DNA of 64,000 nucleotides from Eledone cirrhosa (taxonomy: Eukaryota): NCBI GenBank assembly GCA_964016885.1, contig OZ024743.1, positions 149,234,001 to 149,298,000 of the forward strand, in the 5' to 3' direction. Positions within the stretch are counted from its first letter, which is position 1; each line of letters begins with the position of its first letter. Under the pieces are notes generated by a model. It made no database searches, was not told the DNA's origin, and was given only the letters and a program-made list of their open reading frames with translations. A program made the translations under genes and the position numbers. Shown piece by piece: positions 43,022 through 55,100 of the stretch.

Positions 43022-43589
43022 CAAACCTTGCAAGCAAGGAAAAGCGGACGTAAAATGATGATGATGATGATGATACATACATATAAACATACATATATAT
43101 AAAAACTCATTAAAATAACAACAGAAGGCCGGACTGGAAAATTTACTTTAGAATTTTAATCCCCCAAAAGCACTATACATAATTCGATGATTGAGCCCTA
43201 TCATCCGTTTATGATTCTGCACCAGCCAGGAAAAGAAATTGAAAATGCAACTGCAGTCTTTTAAGAATATTTATTTACTTTACTGGTTTCACAGTTCTTA
43301 TGATTTTCAAAAGTAAAATTGAGATGTGGGTGGATGGGTTCTGTTGTGGTTTGTCACACATCTAGTTGGAATTCGAAAATTATTTCTGTTTTATACAAAA
43401 AGGTGCCTCTGATTGCTATTTGTTTAAAATGTAATTTGGTTGGTTGAGGACAGTCACGTGATTAGGTACAGTAATTTTCATGCCAGAAAAGTGGCTCAAA
43501 ATTGCTATTTTCCCTTTTATTTATTGGTGACAGTGGTGTGATTAAGATTATTAATTTTTGTGCCAAAAATAAATGGTCAGAGTCACATG

Positions 43590-43666
<77 letters not shown>

Positions 43667-43741
43667 TTTGTGTGTCTGTATCTCAGGCTGTTTGTGTGTG
43701 TATATTTATGTGAGTATGTATGTGTAGATGTATATATTATT

Positions 43742-44020
43742 GTGAGTTTGATTCTCTGACCAGGTGATGCATTGTGTCCTTGAGCAAGACACTTTATTTC
43801 ATACTGCTCCTGTTTACAAAGGTGTTAAAATGAGCTGCGACATCACTGGTACCAAGCTGTATATCAGACTTTGTCTTGGGCAACATCGGTGGCATGGAGA
43901 GGGGAGACTGTTATGCACGGGTGACTGCTGGTCTTTGACAAACAACCATGCCAAGACTGGTGCCTTGGAAAGCCGCTTTCTAGGTGCAAATTCCATGGTT
44001 ATTCGTGACCGAAGGTTATC
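43742..44020 (+). mobile_element. 5'-truncated CORE-type SINE with a different 3' body
   Basis: B-box remnant followed by gtgtccttgagcaagacactttatttc, then an unrelated 3' region. Confidence 0.6.
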
Positions 44021-44569
44021 TTTATTATCGTTATCATTGTTATTATTAGTAATATTATTAATACTATGGATTGGCAGTATCGGTAGAGGGTCGGACGCCA
44101 TTCTTTGACGCATAGAGTTACGGCCCTTGCCATTCTGAGTTCAAATCTCGCCGAGGTTAACTTTGCCTTTCAGCCTTACGGGGTCGATAAAATAAAGTAC
44201 CAGTAATACACTGGGAAATTGCTGGCCTTGTGCCAAAAGCAGAAACAATTATCCTTATTAGTATTGTTCTTACTTTTCTTGTTGGTGTTATGCTTCTGTT
44301 TGTTTCAGTGGTGTTGCCACTGTTACTGCTGCAGCTGCTGTTGTTGGTGTTGCTTTTTTTGTTTTTGTTGTCATTGTCATCATTGCTGCTACCTGACAAG
44401 CAAATTTAACATGACACCACTGCCTAGCCTTACCAAATGCCACACTATCCCTCTGAGGGAGTTTATTGACTCCCTTCTTGCTTTGAATATTGTGACGTCT
44501 GTTTGGAAGAGCCTGATAGTGGATGCCTGACTGACCAACCCTCTCTGCTTCTCACGCATTCACCCACCC

Positions 44570-44662
<93 letters not shown>

Positions 44663-44989
44663 CACACTCACAAAAGAATTCATGGGCATAAACACATATA
44701 TATGCAAACAAGTACACGCACACACACTTACATAAGTGAACATGCCAACAGACTCAAAAACTTACATATGCACACACACTTAAAAGGGCCAGAGATTATA
44801 TACACACAACACTTTTCCCATAACATTAAACATATTGTTTTTGTTGACTCCTTAAGTTTGATGAACAGATCAATGTTGGAGTTATGTCTATATATCCATA
44901 GGGGATCTTGTGTCAATCATCTCTGAAAACTACCTAACAGGAAGATAATTAATAAATAAAAACAGCTAAACAATATTTTGGTATTCTTT

Positions 44990-45032
<43 letters not shown>

Positions 45033-45033
45033 A

Positions 45034-45382
45034 TCATCATCATCATTTTACATCTGCTTTTCCCTGCTTGCAAGAGTGGGACGGGAACTGATTATGGCTT
45101 GATTTCTACAGCTGGATGCCCTTCCTAACAACAACCTCATTTACAGTGAGCCTACACGTCCACTTTACAGTATGGGCTGGGTGCTTTTTTTTTTTGCCGT
45201 GGCACCTCCACGACCACTTTGCAGTGGAATGATAGGGACCCCAGTCTCTATCATCTCATTTCTACAGCTGAGTAAACTGGAGCAATGTGAAATAAAGTGT
45301 CTTGCTCAAGGAAACCACCCGGTCTGAGAATTGAACTCACAACCTTTCGATTGCAAGGCCAATGCTCTAACCACTAAGCCAT
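45034..45382 (-). mobile_element. Second copy of the CORE/RTE-tail SINE
   Basis: Reverse complement of 49452-49776 with small indels. Confidence 0.85.
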
Positions 45383-45403
45383 ATATATATATATATATAT
45401 ATA

Positions 45404-46187
45404 TACGTGTCCCAACGACTTTTTTTAGCCGTTGCTCGCACCAACCGGAGGTATATGGTCTTTAAAGCGATGAAATGCCTATGATAGTTGGAAGATCACT
45501 GATGAAGGACAAACTTTTTTCATATGTAACCCATTTGCAACTCCGCAGCGCCCTTATTATCATATTTACACATATTTTTTCCTCTGCTGCTACACGGTCT
45601 TTTTCGTTCTATGTATCTTTACCCTTTCTAGCAGTCTCTCTCTCTGTTAGCCTCTTCCTCACCTCACCCTTCACTCACTCATTCTCTGTCACTACCTCTC
45701 CTCCTCCTCCTCTTTCTTCCCGTTTGACCTGTGAGTAACTCTTTTCTCTCACATTCTCGGCCAAGCTGGTCGGAATTTTTTCTCTCTCGTCTACGATTTC
45801 ACAGAACTTATGTTTACCGAATTCGCAGACCAGACCCCTTCTTCCTCCTGTTAGACCTGTGCGAAATTCCTTCCTTGCTCACATTTCAACCAGGTTTGAT
45901 GGTCTTTATTCTCTCGTTTACGATTTCACCGAACTTAAATTCATAGAAATCTGGGACTTGTCTCCTTCTTCCTCACTTTCTGTTGCCTCACCATTTTGTT
46001 TGTTTACCCTCGCGTCCCCTTTATTTACGTGTCCCAACGACTATTTTTAGCCGTTGCTCGCACCAACCGGAGGTATATGGTCTTTAAAGCGATGAAATGC
46101 CTATGATAGTTGGAAGATCACTGATGAAGGACAAACTTTTTTCATATGTAACCCATTTGCAACTCCACAGCGCCCTTATTATCATAT
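45404..46187. repeat. 622-nt-period unit with 162-nt terminal direct repeats in (TA)n
   Basis: 45404-45565 and 46026-46187 differ at two positions that I could see; the interior is pyrimidine-rich and non-coding. Confidence 0.85.
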
Positions 46188-46200
46188 ATATATATATATA

Positions 46201-48488
46201 TCATCATCATCACCATCATCGTTTAACGTCCGTGTTCCACGCTTGCATGGGTTTGGACGGGGGTTTTCCCACTTGAGGCAAGAGTGATTGTCTTGCTCGC
46301 ATAGGACTGTCTGGCGGGTTTTCTACAGCTGGATGCCCTTCCTAACACCAACCACATTTACAGTGTGGGGCTGGGAGGTTTTTACCGTGTTGCCTACACA
46401 GCCACATTACAGCGTGGACTGTGTGTTTTTTTTGTCGTGACGCCTACACGATCTCATTTGTTTCGGCCTGGATGTTGTGGCACCAACATAACTTTACATT
46501 GAAAGGGGCGGTGTGGATGGGGTGGGGGTGGTGGGACGGGGGGTGTATTTTGTTAGAGATGCCTACTGACTGTAGTAGGTTTTACTTTGTATTTAGGTAA
46601 GGCGGGTCTTCTCTATTACTGAGTACCGCCAAAGGTCTCGGTCCAGTGACATTGTCTTGGAGAGGTGTAAGTGTGTGAGGTCGGAACTTATCAGCTCGTC
46701 CCAGGTTTTACTGGTCTGCCTACTCCGTAACTACCGTCTATCTTTATTGCCCTGCACTTTGTTATACAACTGTCGTCTTTCATGCGCATCACGTGACCAT
46801 ACCAACGTAGCCTTCTCTCGAGTAAACAACATCTGATCCCTCTTATTTCTAATTTTTTCCTTAGTTCGCTTATGCTTTGCCGTTCACGTATGTTACTATT
46901 ACACATCCAGCGGAGAATGCAAGCTTCGTTCCTCTCTAGTCTGCGTATATCCTCTGCACACAATGCCCAGGTCTCACTGCCATGCAACATTGCTGTTCGT
47001 ATGCAGGCATCATACAACCTGCCTTTCATTTTTAGGGAGAACCCTTTAGTGGCTAATAGTGGTATAATCTCTCTGAACTTTTTCCATCCAGTTCTGACTC
47101 TAGCTACTGTACTTTCAGAGCACCCTCCCCCACTACTGATTTTGTCACCCAGGTAACGAAAGCTATCCACTATTTCTATAGAACCCTCTGCGCAATTGAA
47201 AGAGCTAGTATTTTCTGGGCACTTGCTGCTACTTATTGCACCAGAGCACCGGCCACATGTAAAATCTATGTTCTTAGTTAGCTTACCTGTGATCCCACTA
47301 CATCTTTTATGCACCCATACTTTGCATTTGGGACATAAAATGGAGTTTCTACCTACGCCTTTCCTACACACTGAGCATGGCCATTTCCCGGAAGGGACCG
47401 TCGCCTTATTTTCTTTCCTACAAACTAGAACTTTAGTCTTAGCCAGGTTAATTTTAAGCCCTTTTGATTCTAGGCAATGCTTCCATGTGTGGAATTTCTT
47501 CTCTAGCTCGGCCATTGATTCAGCTATGAGCGTTAGATCATCTGCGTATAGGAGTTCCCATGGGCAGCCGGTCTTGAACTCCACTGTTATAGCCTGAAGG
47601 GCAATAATAAATAGTAGGAGGCTAAGAACAGAGCCCTGATGTACAACAACTTTTACACTAAACTGTTCACTATATTCGTTGTTAATTCTAACCTTGCTGA
47701 CTGTTTCTTTATACATGGCTTGTATAGCTCTCACAAGCCATTCGTCAACACCTAGTTTTCTAAGAGCTCACCAGATAATGGAACGGGGGACTCTGTTGAA
47801 GGCTTTCTCCAAGTCAACAAAAGCTAAGTATAGGGGTTTACTTTTAGCTAGGTACTTCTCTTGTAGTTGTCGTACAATGAAAAGAGCGTCTGTGGTACTT
47901 TTGTCTGACACAAAACCGAACTGCATTTCATCTAGATCAATTCTCTCTCTGATTAGTTGCGCTATAACTTTTTCTGTGACCTTCATGACCTGGTCGATTA
48001 ATTTAATGCCTCTATAGTTACTCCTATGTAGGGCATCTCCTTTACCCTTGTAACAGTTAATGATGATGCTGCTACGCCAGTCCTTCAGAACAACCCCATT
48101 CTGTATGACTTGGTTTACTATCCGGGTGACCATGGTGTGTCCCACCGTTCCAGAGGCTTTCAGCATCTCAGCAACTATTTCTGAAGGCCCAGCCGCCTTA
48201 CCATCTTCATATCTTTGATTGCCTTACTTATTATACTACCTTCGACTAACACTGCCGGTCCCTCTATTGGGTCGATGTGGGGGAGACTGTCTTTCTCCCA
48301 TTTATTCTCCTCATTTAGAACCCTTTCGTAGTGACACTTCCAAGCTACCTTCTTATCAGCGTCAGTGATGGCAAGTACACCATCACCATTAAGTACACAC
48401 TTCTCCCCGACAATATCATGGTTTTCCTTGACACACTGCCTAGCAATCCTGAACACCTCACGTTTTTGGTCCTCACGTTGTAGAACAT

Positions 48489-48491
<3 letters not shown>
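46201..48491 (-). mobile_element. 5'-truncated, decayed copy of the same RTE family
   Basis: ORFs 46691-47734 and 47768-48166 are nearly identical to the intact ORF. They carry a premature stop (IIW*) and frameshifts, share the 3' UTR and (GAT)n tail, and end at the (TA)n tract starting at 48492. Confidence 0.93.
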
Positions 48492-48546
<55 letters not shown>

Positions 48547-48569
48547 GTGTATATATATATATATATGTG

Positions 48570-48616
<47 letters not shown>

Positions 48617-48620
<4 letters not shown>

Positions 48621-49102
48621 ATGACAGCTGCATAAAAAGGTGCAGAGCACTAGAAGTTGATGGAAACCGCGGAGTGGGGAGACCCAAGATGACTTGGGAT
48701 GAGGTGATAAAAGCCGACCTTACCCAACTACACCTCTCAAAGTCAATGACACACGACCGTGACTTCTGGCGTCACGCAGTAATACAGGGTACCCGACCTC
48801 CCATGGGTACATGCTGAAGCATATAAACAATATGCCCCCCCCCCTCCCCCACCGCAAGGTGGTCGTGGAGGTGCCACGGCAAAAAAGCACCCAGCCCACA
48901 CTGTAAAGTGGACGTGTAGGCGCCACGAAAAAGCACCCAGCACTCACTGTAAATGAGGTTGGTGTTAGGAAGGGCATCCAGCTGTAGAAATCAAGCCAGA
49001 TCAGTTCCTGTATGAGCAAGGCATGGTCAGCCGACCAGACACTGCCCACAACAGGACAACCCGTCTAACCCATGCTAGCGTGGAAGAACGGACGTAAAAC
49101 GC

Positions 49103-49135
<33 letters not shown>
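48617..49135 (+). mobile_element. 3' fragment of a related RTE subfamily
   Basis: Translates [35 protein letters not shown], homologous to the RTE C-terminus, followed by a 3' UTR and (GAT)n tail. A similar UTR fragment lies at 49780-50115. Confidence 0.85.
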
Positions 49136-49137
<2 letters not shown>

Positions 49138-49444
49138 TGTGTGTGTGTGTGCATGTGCGTGTTCATGTGTGTGTCTATATATATATAGGGATGGATTCAG
49201 TTTGAAACTAGTTAGACCATTACTCAAAAGAGTACTCGATTCTTGGGTTAGTAGAGTATAGTTATATTATAAAGAGTCGAGAACTAGTTATTGAAATGTC
49301 AAGATCTCACCTGTCAGGTCCTAACTCGTTATTATATATATATTGAGAAGTGCGCTAGCAGACAAATTGTATGATAAAGTTGTATCCATATGAATACAGG
49401 GTGTGTAACCAAGACTACACTAATGTGTATAAATATATGCACAT

Positions 49445-49776
49445 GGAGGCACATGGCTTAGTGGTTAGAGCATTGGCCTTGCAATCGAAAGGTTGTGAGT
49501 TCAATTCTCAGACCGGGTGATGTGTTGTTTCCTTGAGCAAGGCACTTTATTTCACATTGCTCCAGTTTACTCAGCTGTAGAAATGAGATGATAGGACTGG
49601 GGTCCCTATCATTCCACTGCAAAGTGGTCAAAAAAGCACCCAGTACTCACTGTAAATGAGGTTGATGTTAGGAAGGGCATCCAGCTGTAGAAATCATCAA
49701 GCCAGAATCAGAGTTCCCGTCCCACCCTTGCAAGCAGGGAAAAGTGGACGTAAAGTGAAATGATGATGATGATGAT
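49445..49776 (+). mobile_element. tRNA-derived CORE-type SINE with RTE-derived 3' end
   Basis: tRNA-like head (tggcttagtggttagagc ... gagttcaattc), CORE-like ccttgagcaaggcacttta, then the RTE 3' UTR segment gttaggaagggcatccagctgtagaaa and a (GAT)n tail. Confidence 0.85.
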
Positions 49777-50225
49777 ATCTAACAGGACCGAGACTTCTAG
49801 CGCTACAGAAGATCCGACTTCCCACGGGTACATGCTGAAGCTGAAGTATATAGACAGTATGCCCCCCACCTCCCTCCCACTGTAAGTGGTTGTGTAGGTG
49901 TCACAACAAAAAAGCACCCAGTCCACACTGTAAATGAGTTTGGTGTTAGAACAGACATCAAGATGTAGAAATGTTCTGTAAAAGATGTAAAAATCAGTTC
50001 TGTATGAGCAAGACATGGTCACCTGACCTGGCATTGCACACAATAGGACAACCCGTCTAACCCATGTTAGCTTGGAAGAATGAACATGAAGCGGTGGTGA
50101 TGATGATGATGATGATATCTAATTTGTAGACATGTGTACATGCCTCCAAATTAGATACATGTATATATTTATGCATGTTGGTGCAGTCTTGATTACATAT
50201 TCAGTATTTATACAGACATAACTTT

Positions 50226-50270
<45 letters not shown>

Positions 50271-50277
<7 letters not shown>

Positions 50278-50789
50278 CAAATAACGAAACGAAATTAAAT
50301 TTTGTTTCGTTTGTAACTCACTTTTGTATGACTGACGCTTAAACAATTAAGTTAAAAATGTACATCCACATATGTATACTGAAATACTAGTATGCATATG
50401 AATACACACACGTGTACATATGTAGATGTACCGAGTTTTTCACTGGACACTTTACTGTGAGTGTCCAGCTATTCTGTATGTAAACACACAGACAAACCGG
50501 TTTTTAGAGTCATACTGGTTTTCGAGGAAACACCTTTCCTCTATTCTCCAGAAAGCCAGACAGGAATATTGGACTAGTTTCGATGTTGTTACATCTCATC
50601 AGCAATATTTACCTATCTTCCGGCCTTTCTAGAGAATCGTAAAAGCACATATCGTTATATGCTTTTTCTATGAAAATTAGTAGTGGGCAGACTAATTTGC
50701 ATAGAGCGTGAGTACGTACCGGTTCAGCGGAGACGATAAAAACAAATAACGAAACGAAATTAAATTTTGTTTCGTTTGTAACTCACTTT

Positions 50790-50794
<5 letters not shown>
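50271..50794 (-). mobile_element. Non-coding hammerhead-bearing unit (465-nt period, 59-nt terminal direct repeat) in (TA)n
   Basis: Identical repeats at 50271-50329 and 50736-50794, with the ribozyme inside and (TA)n on both sides. Confidence 0.8.
50565..50609 (-). ncRNA. Type I hammerhead ribozyme (minimal, palindromic stem III)
   Basis: Minus strand: aatattg CTGATGA gatgt-aaca-acatc GAAA ctag TC caatatt. It has a 7-bp stem I, a 5-bp stem II, an intact core, a GUC cleavage triplet and an ACTAGT palindrome. Confidence 0.9.
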
Positions 50795-50838
<44 letters not shown>

Positions 50839-51064
50839 CAAATTAAGATGACAGATAAAAGTTTTTAAATGTTTCAAGAACTTTTATCTGTCATCTCAAT
50901 TTGTTCTATATGCTCCGTGTTAAATATGTCACCTATCTGCTTCTACTCTTCAATGACACTTCTCTATATTCTATCTGTAATGACATAAACACATTGAGCT
51001 TAAATATTATTCACTGGCAATTTCTCATCTGCTACTTCAATATGTATGTGATTACACACACACA

Positions 51065-51174
<110 letters not shown>

Positions 51175-51686
51175 AAATAAGGAAAAAGCAATGTGGTTTC
51201 GATTCATTGTATTTATGTTTTCATGTTATATCAATCTGTAACGCATATTTCACAGAAGATTGGCTCAAGGTCACTTATGGAAGTTATGAACCTGACTCCA
51301 ACATCGATCTGCTTATCAGACTGGTGATTTAGCAAAAAATAAATTGCTTGTGATGATCAGTTAAATGTTGGGTATATATAAACATCTAACCAATTTTTTT
51401 TTTTTTTTTTTGCGTGGATTTGTGCGTAGGCATGCCATGTGTATATACTCTGTCCTATGTGAGATTGATGAACACCTCATCTCACCTTCTTACTCTTAGC
51501 TCCATCCCACTATTCTTTCTTCCTTTCCTCACTCACTTCTCCTCCCTTTCTTTCTCCTTTTATTTCCCTTACTTCTTCATCTAGCTTTTCCCCTATATTT
51601 TCCAACCAAAACAAAGAACAACAGAACAGCCCAAGTGAATGATAAATGGTCATTTAAAGCTGTACATGGATATCTCCCATCATTAA

Positions 51687-51906
51687 CCCTTTAGCATTTA
51701 CATTACTCTATATTTACTATTGTATTTTTGCAGTAAACACTTTATTTCACATAATATCTCACATAATATCGAATCTATGACATGTTGATGTTATCTATAT
51801 TGAGAACAATAACTTAACATCAGTATGAGCATTCGGTTATGGCCAGTTTGATAAGAAAAAGGTGAAATCATTCTGTCCAGATATGGCCGGTTTAAATGCT
51901 AAAAGG
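51687..51906. mobile_element. piggyBac-like MITE
   Basis: TTAA at 51683-51686 and 51907-51910, with TIRs ccctttagcattta / taaatgctaaaagg (13 of 14 match). Older TTAA-CCCT elements probably lie at ~16707-16955, 17500-17785, 19175-19430 and 29310-29655. Confidence 0.8.
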
Positions 51907-52141
51907 TTAAGGAGACCAAGTATCTGATGAGCTATTGAATCCAGAGTCGGGCTCAATAGATACAGATTGCACCTTCAGCTGATCAATTGCGAAGAAACAT
52001 GTGTCACCCTTGAATAAAGATAATGATGATACTTTGACACCGCATTCCTACTTATTATCATTATTAAGAGGACTTTCAGTCCAGGGCCCATGGATAATAA
52101 TGTAATAATAATAATAATGATGATAATACTAAAAATAGAAA

Positions 52142-55100
52142 TCATCATCATCATCATCATCAACGTTTAACGTCCGTGTTCCACGCTTGCATGGGTTTGG
52201 ACGGGGGTAGTCCCACTTGAGGCAAGAGTGATTGTCTTGCTCGCATAGGACTGTCTGGCAGGTTTTCTACAGTTGGATGCCCTTCCTAACACCAACCACA
52301 TTTACAGTGTGGGTCTGGGAGGTTTTTACCGTGTTGCCTACACGGCCACATTACAGCGTGGACTGTGTGTTTTTTTGTCGTGACACCTACACGATCTCAT
52401 TTGTTTCGGCCTCGATGGCGCGGCACCAACATAACTTTACATAGAACGGGGTGGTGTGGATGGGGTGGGGGCGGGGGTGGTGGGACGGGGTGTATTTTGT
52501 TAGAGATGCCTACTGGCTGGAGTAGGTTTTACTATATATTTAGGTAAGGCGGGTCTTCTCTGTTACTGAGTACCGCCAAAGGTCTCGGTCCAGTGACATT
52601 GTCTTGGAGAGGTGTAAGTGTGTGATGTCGGAGTTTATCAGCTCGTCCCAGGTTTTCCTAGGTCTGCCTATTCCGTGACTACCGTCTATCTTTATTGCCC
52701 TGCACTTTGTTATACAGCTATCGACTTTCATGCGCATCACGTGTCCATACCAACCTAGCCTTCTCTCGAGTAAACAACATCTGATCCCTCTTATCTCTAA
52801 TTTTTTCCTTAGTTCGTTTATGCTTTGCTGTTCACGTATATTACTGTTACACATCCAGCGGAGCATGCAAGCTTCGTTCCTCTCTAGTCTGCGTATATCC
52901 TCTGCACACAATGCCCAGGTCTCACTGCCGTGCAGCATTGCTGTTCGTATGCAGGCATCGTACAACCTGCCTTTCATTTTTAGGGAGAACCCTTTAGCAG
53001 CTAATAGTGGTATAAGCTCTCTGAACTTTTTCCAACCAGTTCTGACTCTAGCTACAGTACTTTCAGAGCACCCTCCCCCACTGCTGATTTTATCGCCCAG
53101 GTAACGGAAGCTGTCCACTATTTCTATAGAACCCTCTGCGCAATTGAAAGAGCTAGTAGTTTGTGGGCACTTGCTGCTACTTATTGCACCAGAGCACCGG
53201 CCACATGTAAAATCTATGTTCTTAGTTAGCTTACCTGTGATCCCACTACATCTTTTATGCACCCATACTTTGCATTTAGGACATAAAATGGAGTTTCTAC
53301 CTACGCCTTTCCTACACACCGAGCACGACCATTTCCCAGAAGGGACCGCCGCCTTGTTTTCTTTCCTACAAACTAGTACTTTGGTCTTAGCCAGGTTAAT
53401 TTTAAGTCCTTTTGACTCTAGGCCGTGCTTCCATGTTTGGAATTTCTTCTCTAGCTCGGCCATTGATTCCGCTATGAGTGTCAGGTCGTCTGCGTATAGG
53501 AGTTCCCATGGGCAGCCTGTCTTGAACTCCTCTGTTATAGCCTGAAGGGCAATAATAAATAGTAGTGGGCTGAGAACAGAGCCCTGATGGACGCCAACTT
53601 TTACGCTAAACTCTTCACTATATTCGTTGTTAATTCTAACCTTGCTGACTGTTTCTTTATACATGGCTTGTATAGCCCTCACAAGCCATTCGTCAACGCC
53701 TAGTTTTCTAAGAGCCCACCAGATAATGGAGCGGGGGACTCTGTCGAAGGCTTTCTCCAAGTCGACAAAAGCTAAGTAGAGGGGTTTACCTTTAGCTAGG
53801 TACTTCTCCTGTAGTTGTCGTACTATGAAAAGAGCGTCTGTGGTACTTTTGCCTGACACAAACCCGAACTGCATTTCATCTAGGTCAATTCTCTCTCTGA
53901 TTAGTTGCGCTATTACTTTTTCCGTGACCTTCATGACCTGGTCGATTAATTTAATGCCTCTATAGTTACTCCTATCTAGGGCGTCTCCTTTACCCTTATA
54001 ACAGTTAACGATGATGCTGCTATGCCAGTCCTTCGGAACAACCCCATTCTGTACGACTTGGTTAACTATGCGGGTGACCATGGTGTGTCCCACCGTGCCA
54101 GATGCCTTCAGCATCTCAGCAACTATTTCCGAAGGCCCAGCCGCCTTACCCGTCTTCATATCCTTGATTGCCTTACTTATTATACTCCCCTCGACTAACA
54201 CTGCTGGTCCCTCTATTGGGTCGATATGGGGGAGACTGCCTTTCTCCCAATTATTCTCCCCATTTAGTAGCCTTTCATAGTGACACTTCCAAGCTACCTT
54301 CTTATCAGCGTCGGTGATGGCAAGTGTGCCATCGTCGTTTAGTACACACTTCTCCCCGACAATATCACGGTTTTCCTTGACGCATTGCCTAGCAATCCTG
54401 AACACCTCACGTTTTTGGTCATCGCGTTGTAGAACATGCTTGAACTTTCTTTCCTCAGCTTCCCTTCTTGCTAAGTACACTTGTCTCCTAGCTTCCCTCC
54501 TGGCCACTTGATAGTCCTCTCTACTTCCCCCATCCCGCCATACTTTCCAAGCCTGCTTTTTGGCCTTAATTGACCCCTCCACCTTACTGTTCCACCACCA
54601 TGTTACTCTCCTCCTGCCTACAGGCCTGCTCCAGCCACAGACTTCGTCTGTCGCCAACAGCAGGTTTGCTTTCAGAAATTCCCACTCTCCCTCTATATTG
54701 TCCGACTCTAAATGTTCTTCCTTACTGTCGAAAGCATCAAGTAATATGTTTTGAAATTTATTCCTGGCTGTGGGGTCCTTTAGCTTCCATATTTTTCTCC
54801 TGAGGATAGTCCTCTTCTGCTCTCGAGTACGTCTCGTCCTGACTATGAGGTCGCTAATTATCAGTCTATGTTGGGAGGTGCATTCTTCATGGGGGAGGGA
54901 TTTAGTGTTAACAACAGACACTCTGTCACGTCTTCTGGTAAGGATATAATCTACCTGGCTTGTGTGTTCCCCGGATCTATAGGTGATCAGGTGATTGTCA
55001 CGTTTTTTGAAGTTAGTGTTACAGATAGTTAGGTTATTTGCATCACAGAATTCCAGGATTCTGGAGCCTTCCTCATTTCTAGTACCAAACCCATAGCCTC

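Noticed and set aside
49445-49520. tRNA gene
   Set aside because: The tRNA-like head lacks a proper acceptor stem and continues into CORE and LINE-derived sequence, so it is a SINE.
51311-51326. gcttatcagactggtg resembles vertebrate miR-21
   Set aside because: There is no pre-miRNA-length hairpin with the match on one arm, the 5' seed end differs, and the family is not expected in this lineage; likely chance.
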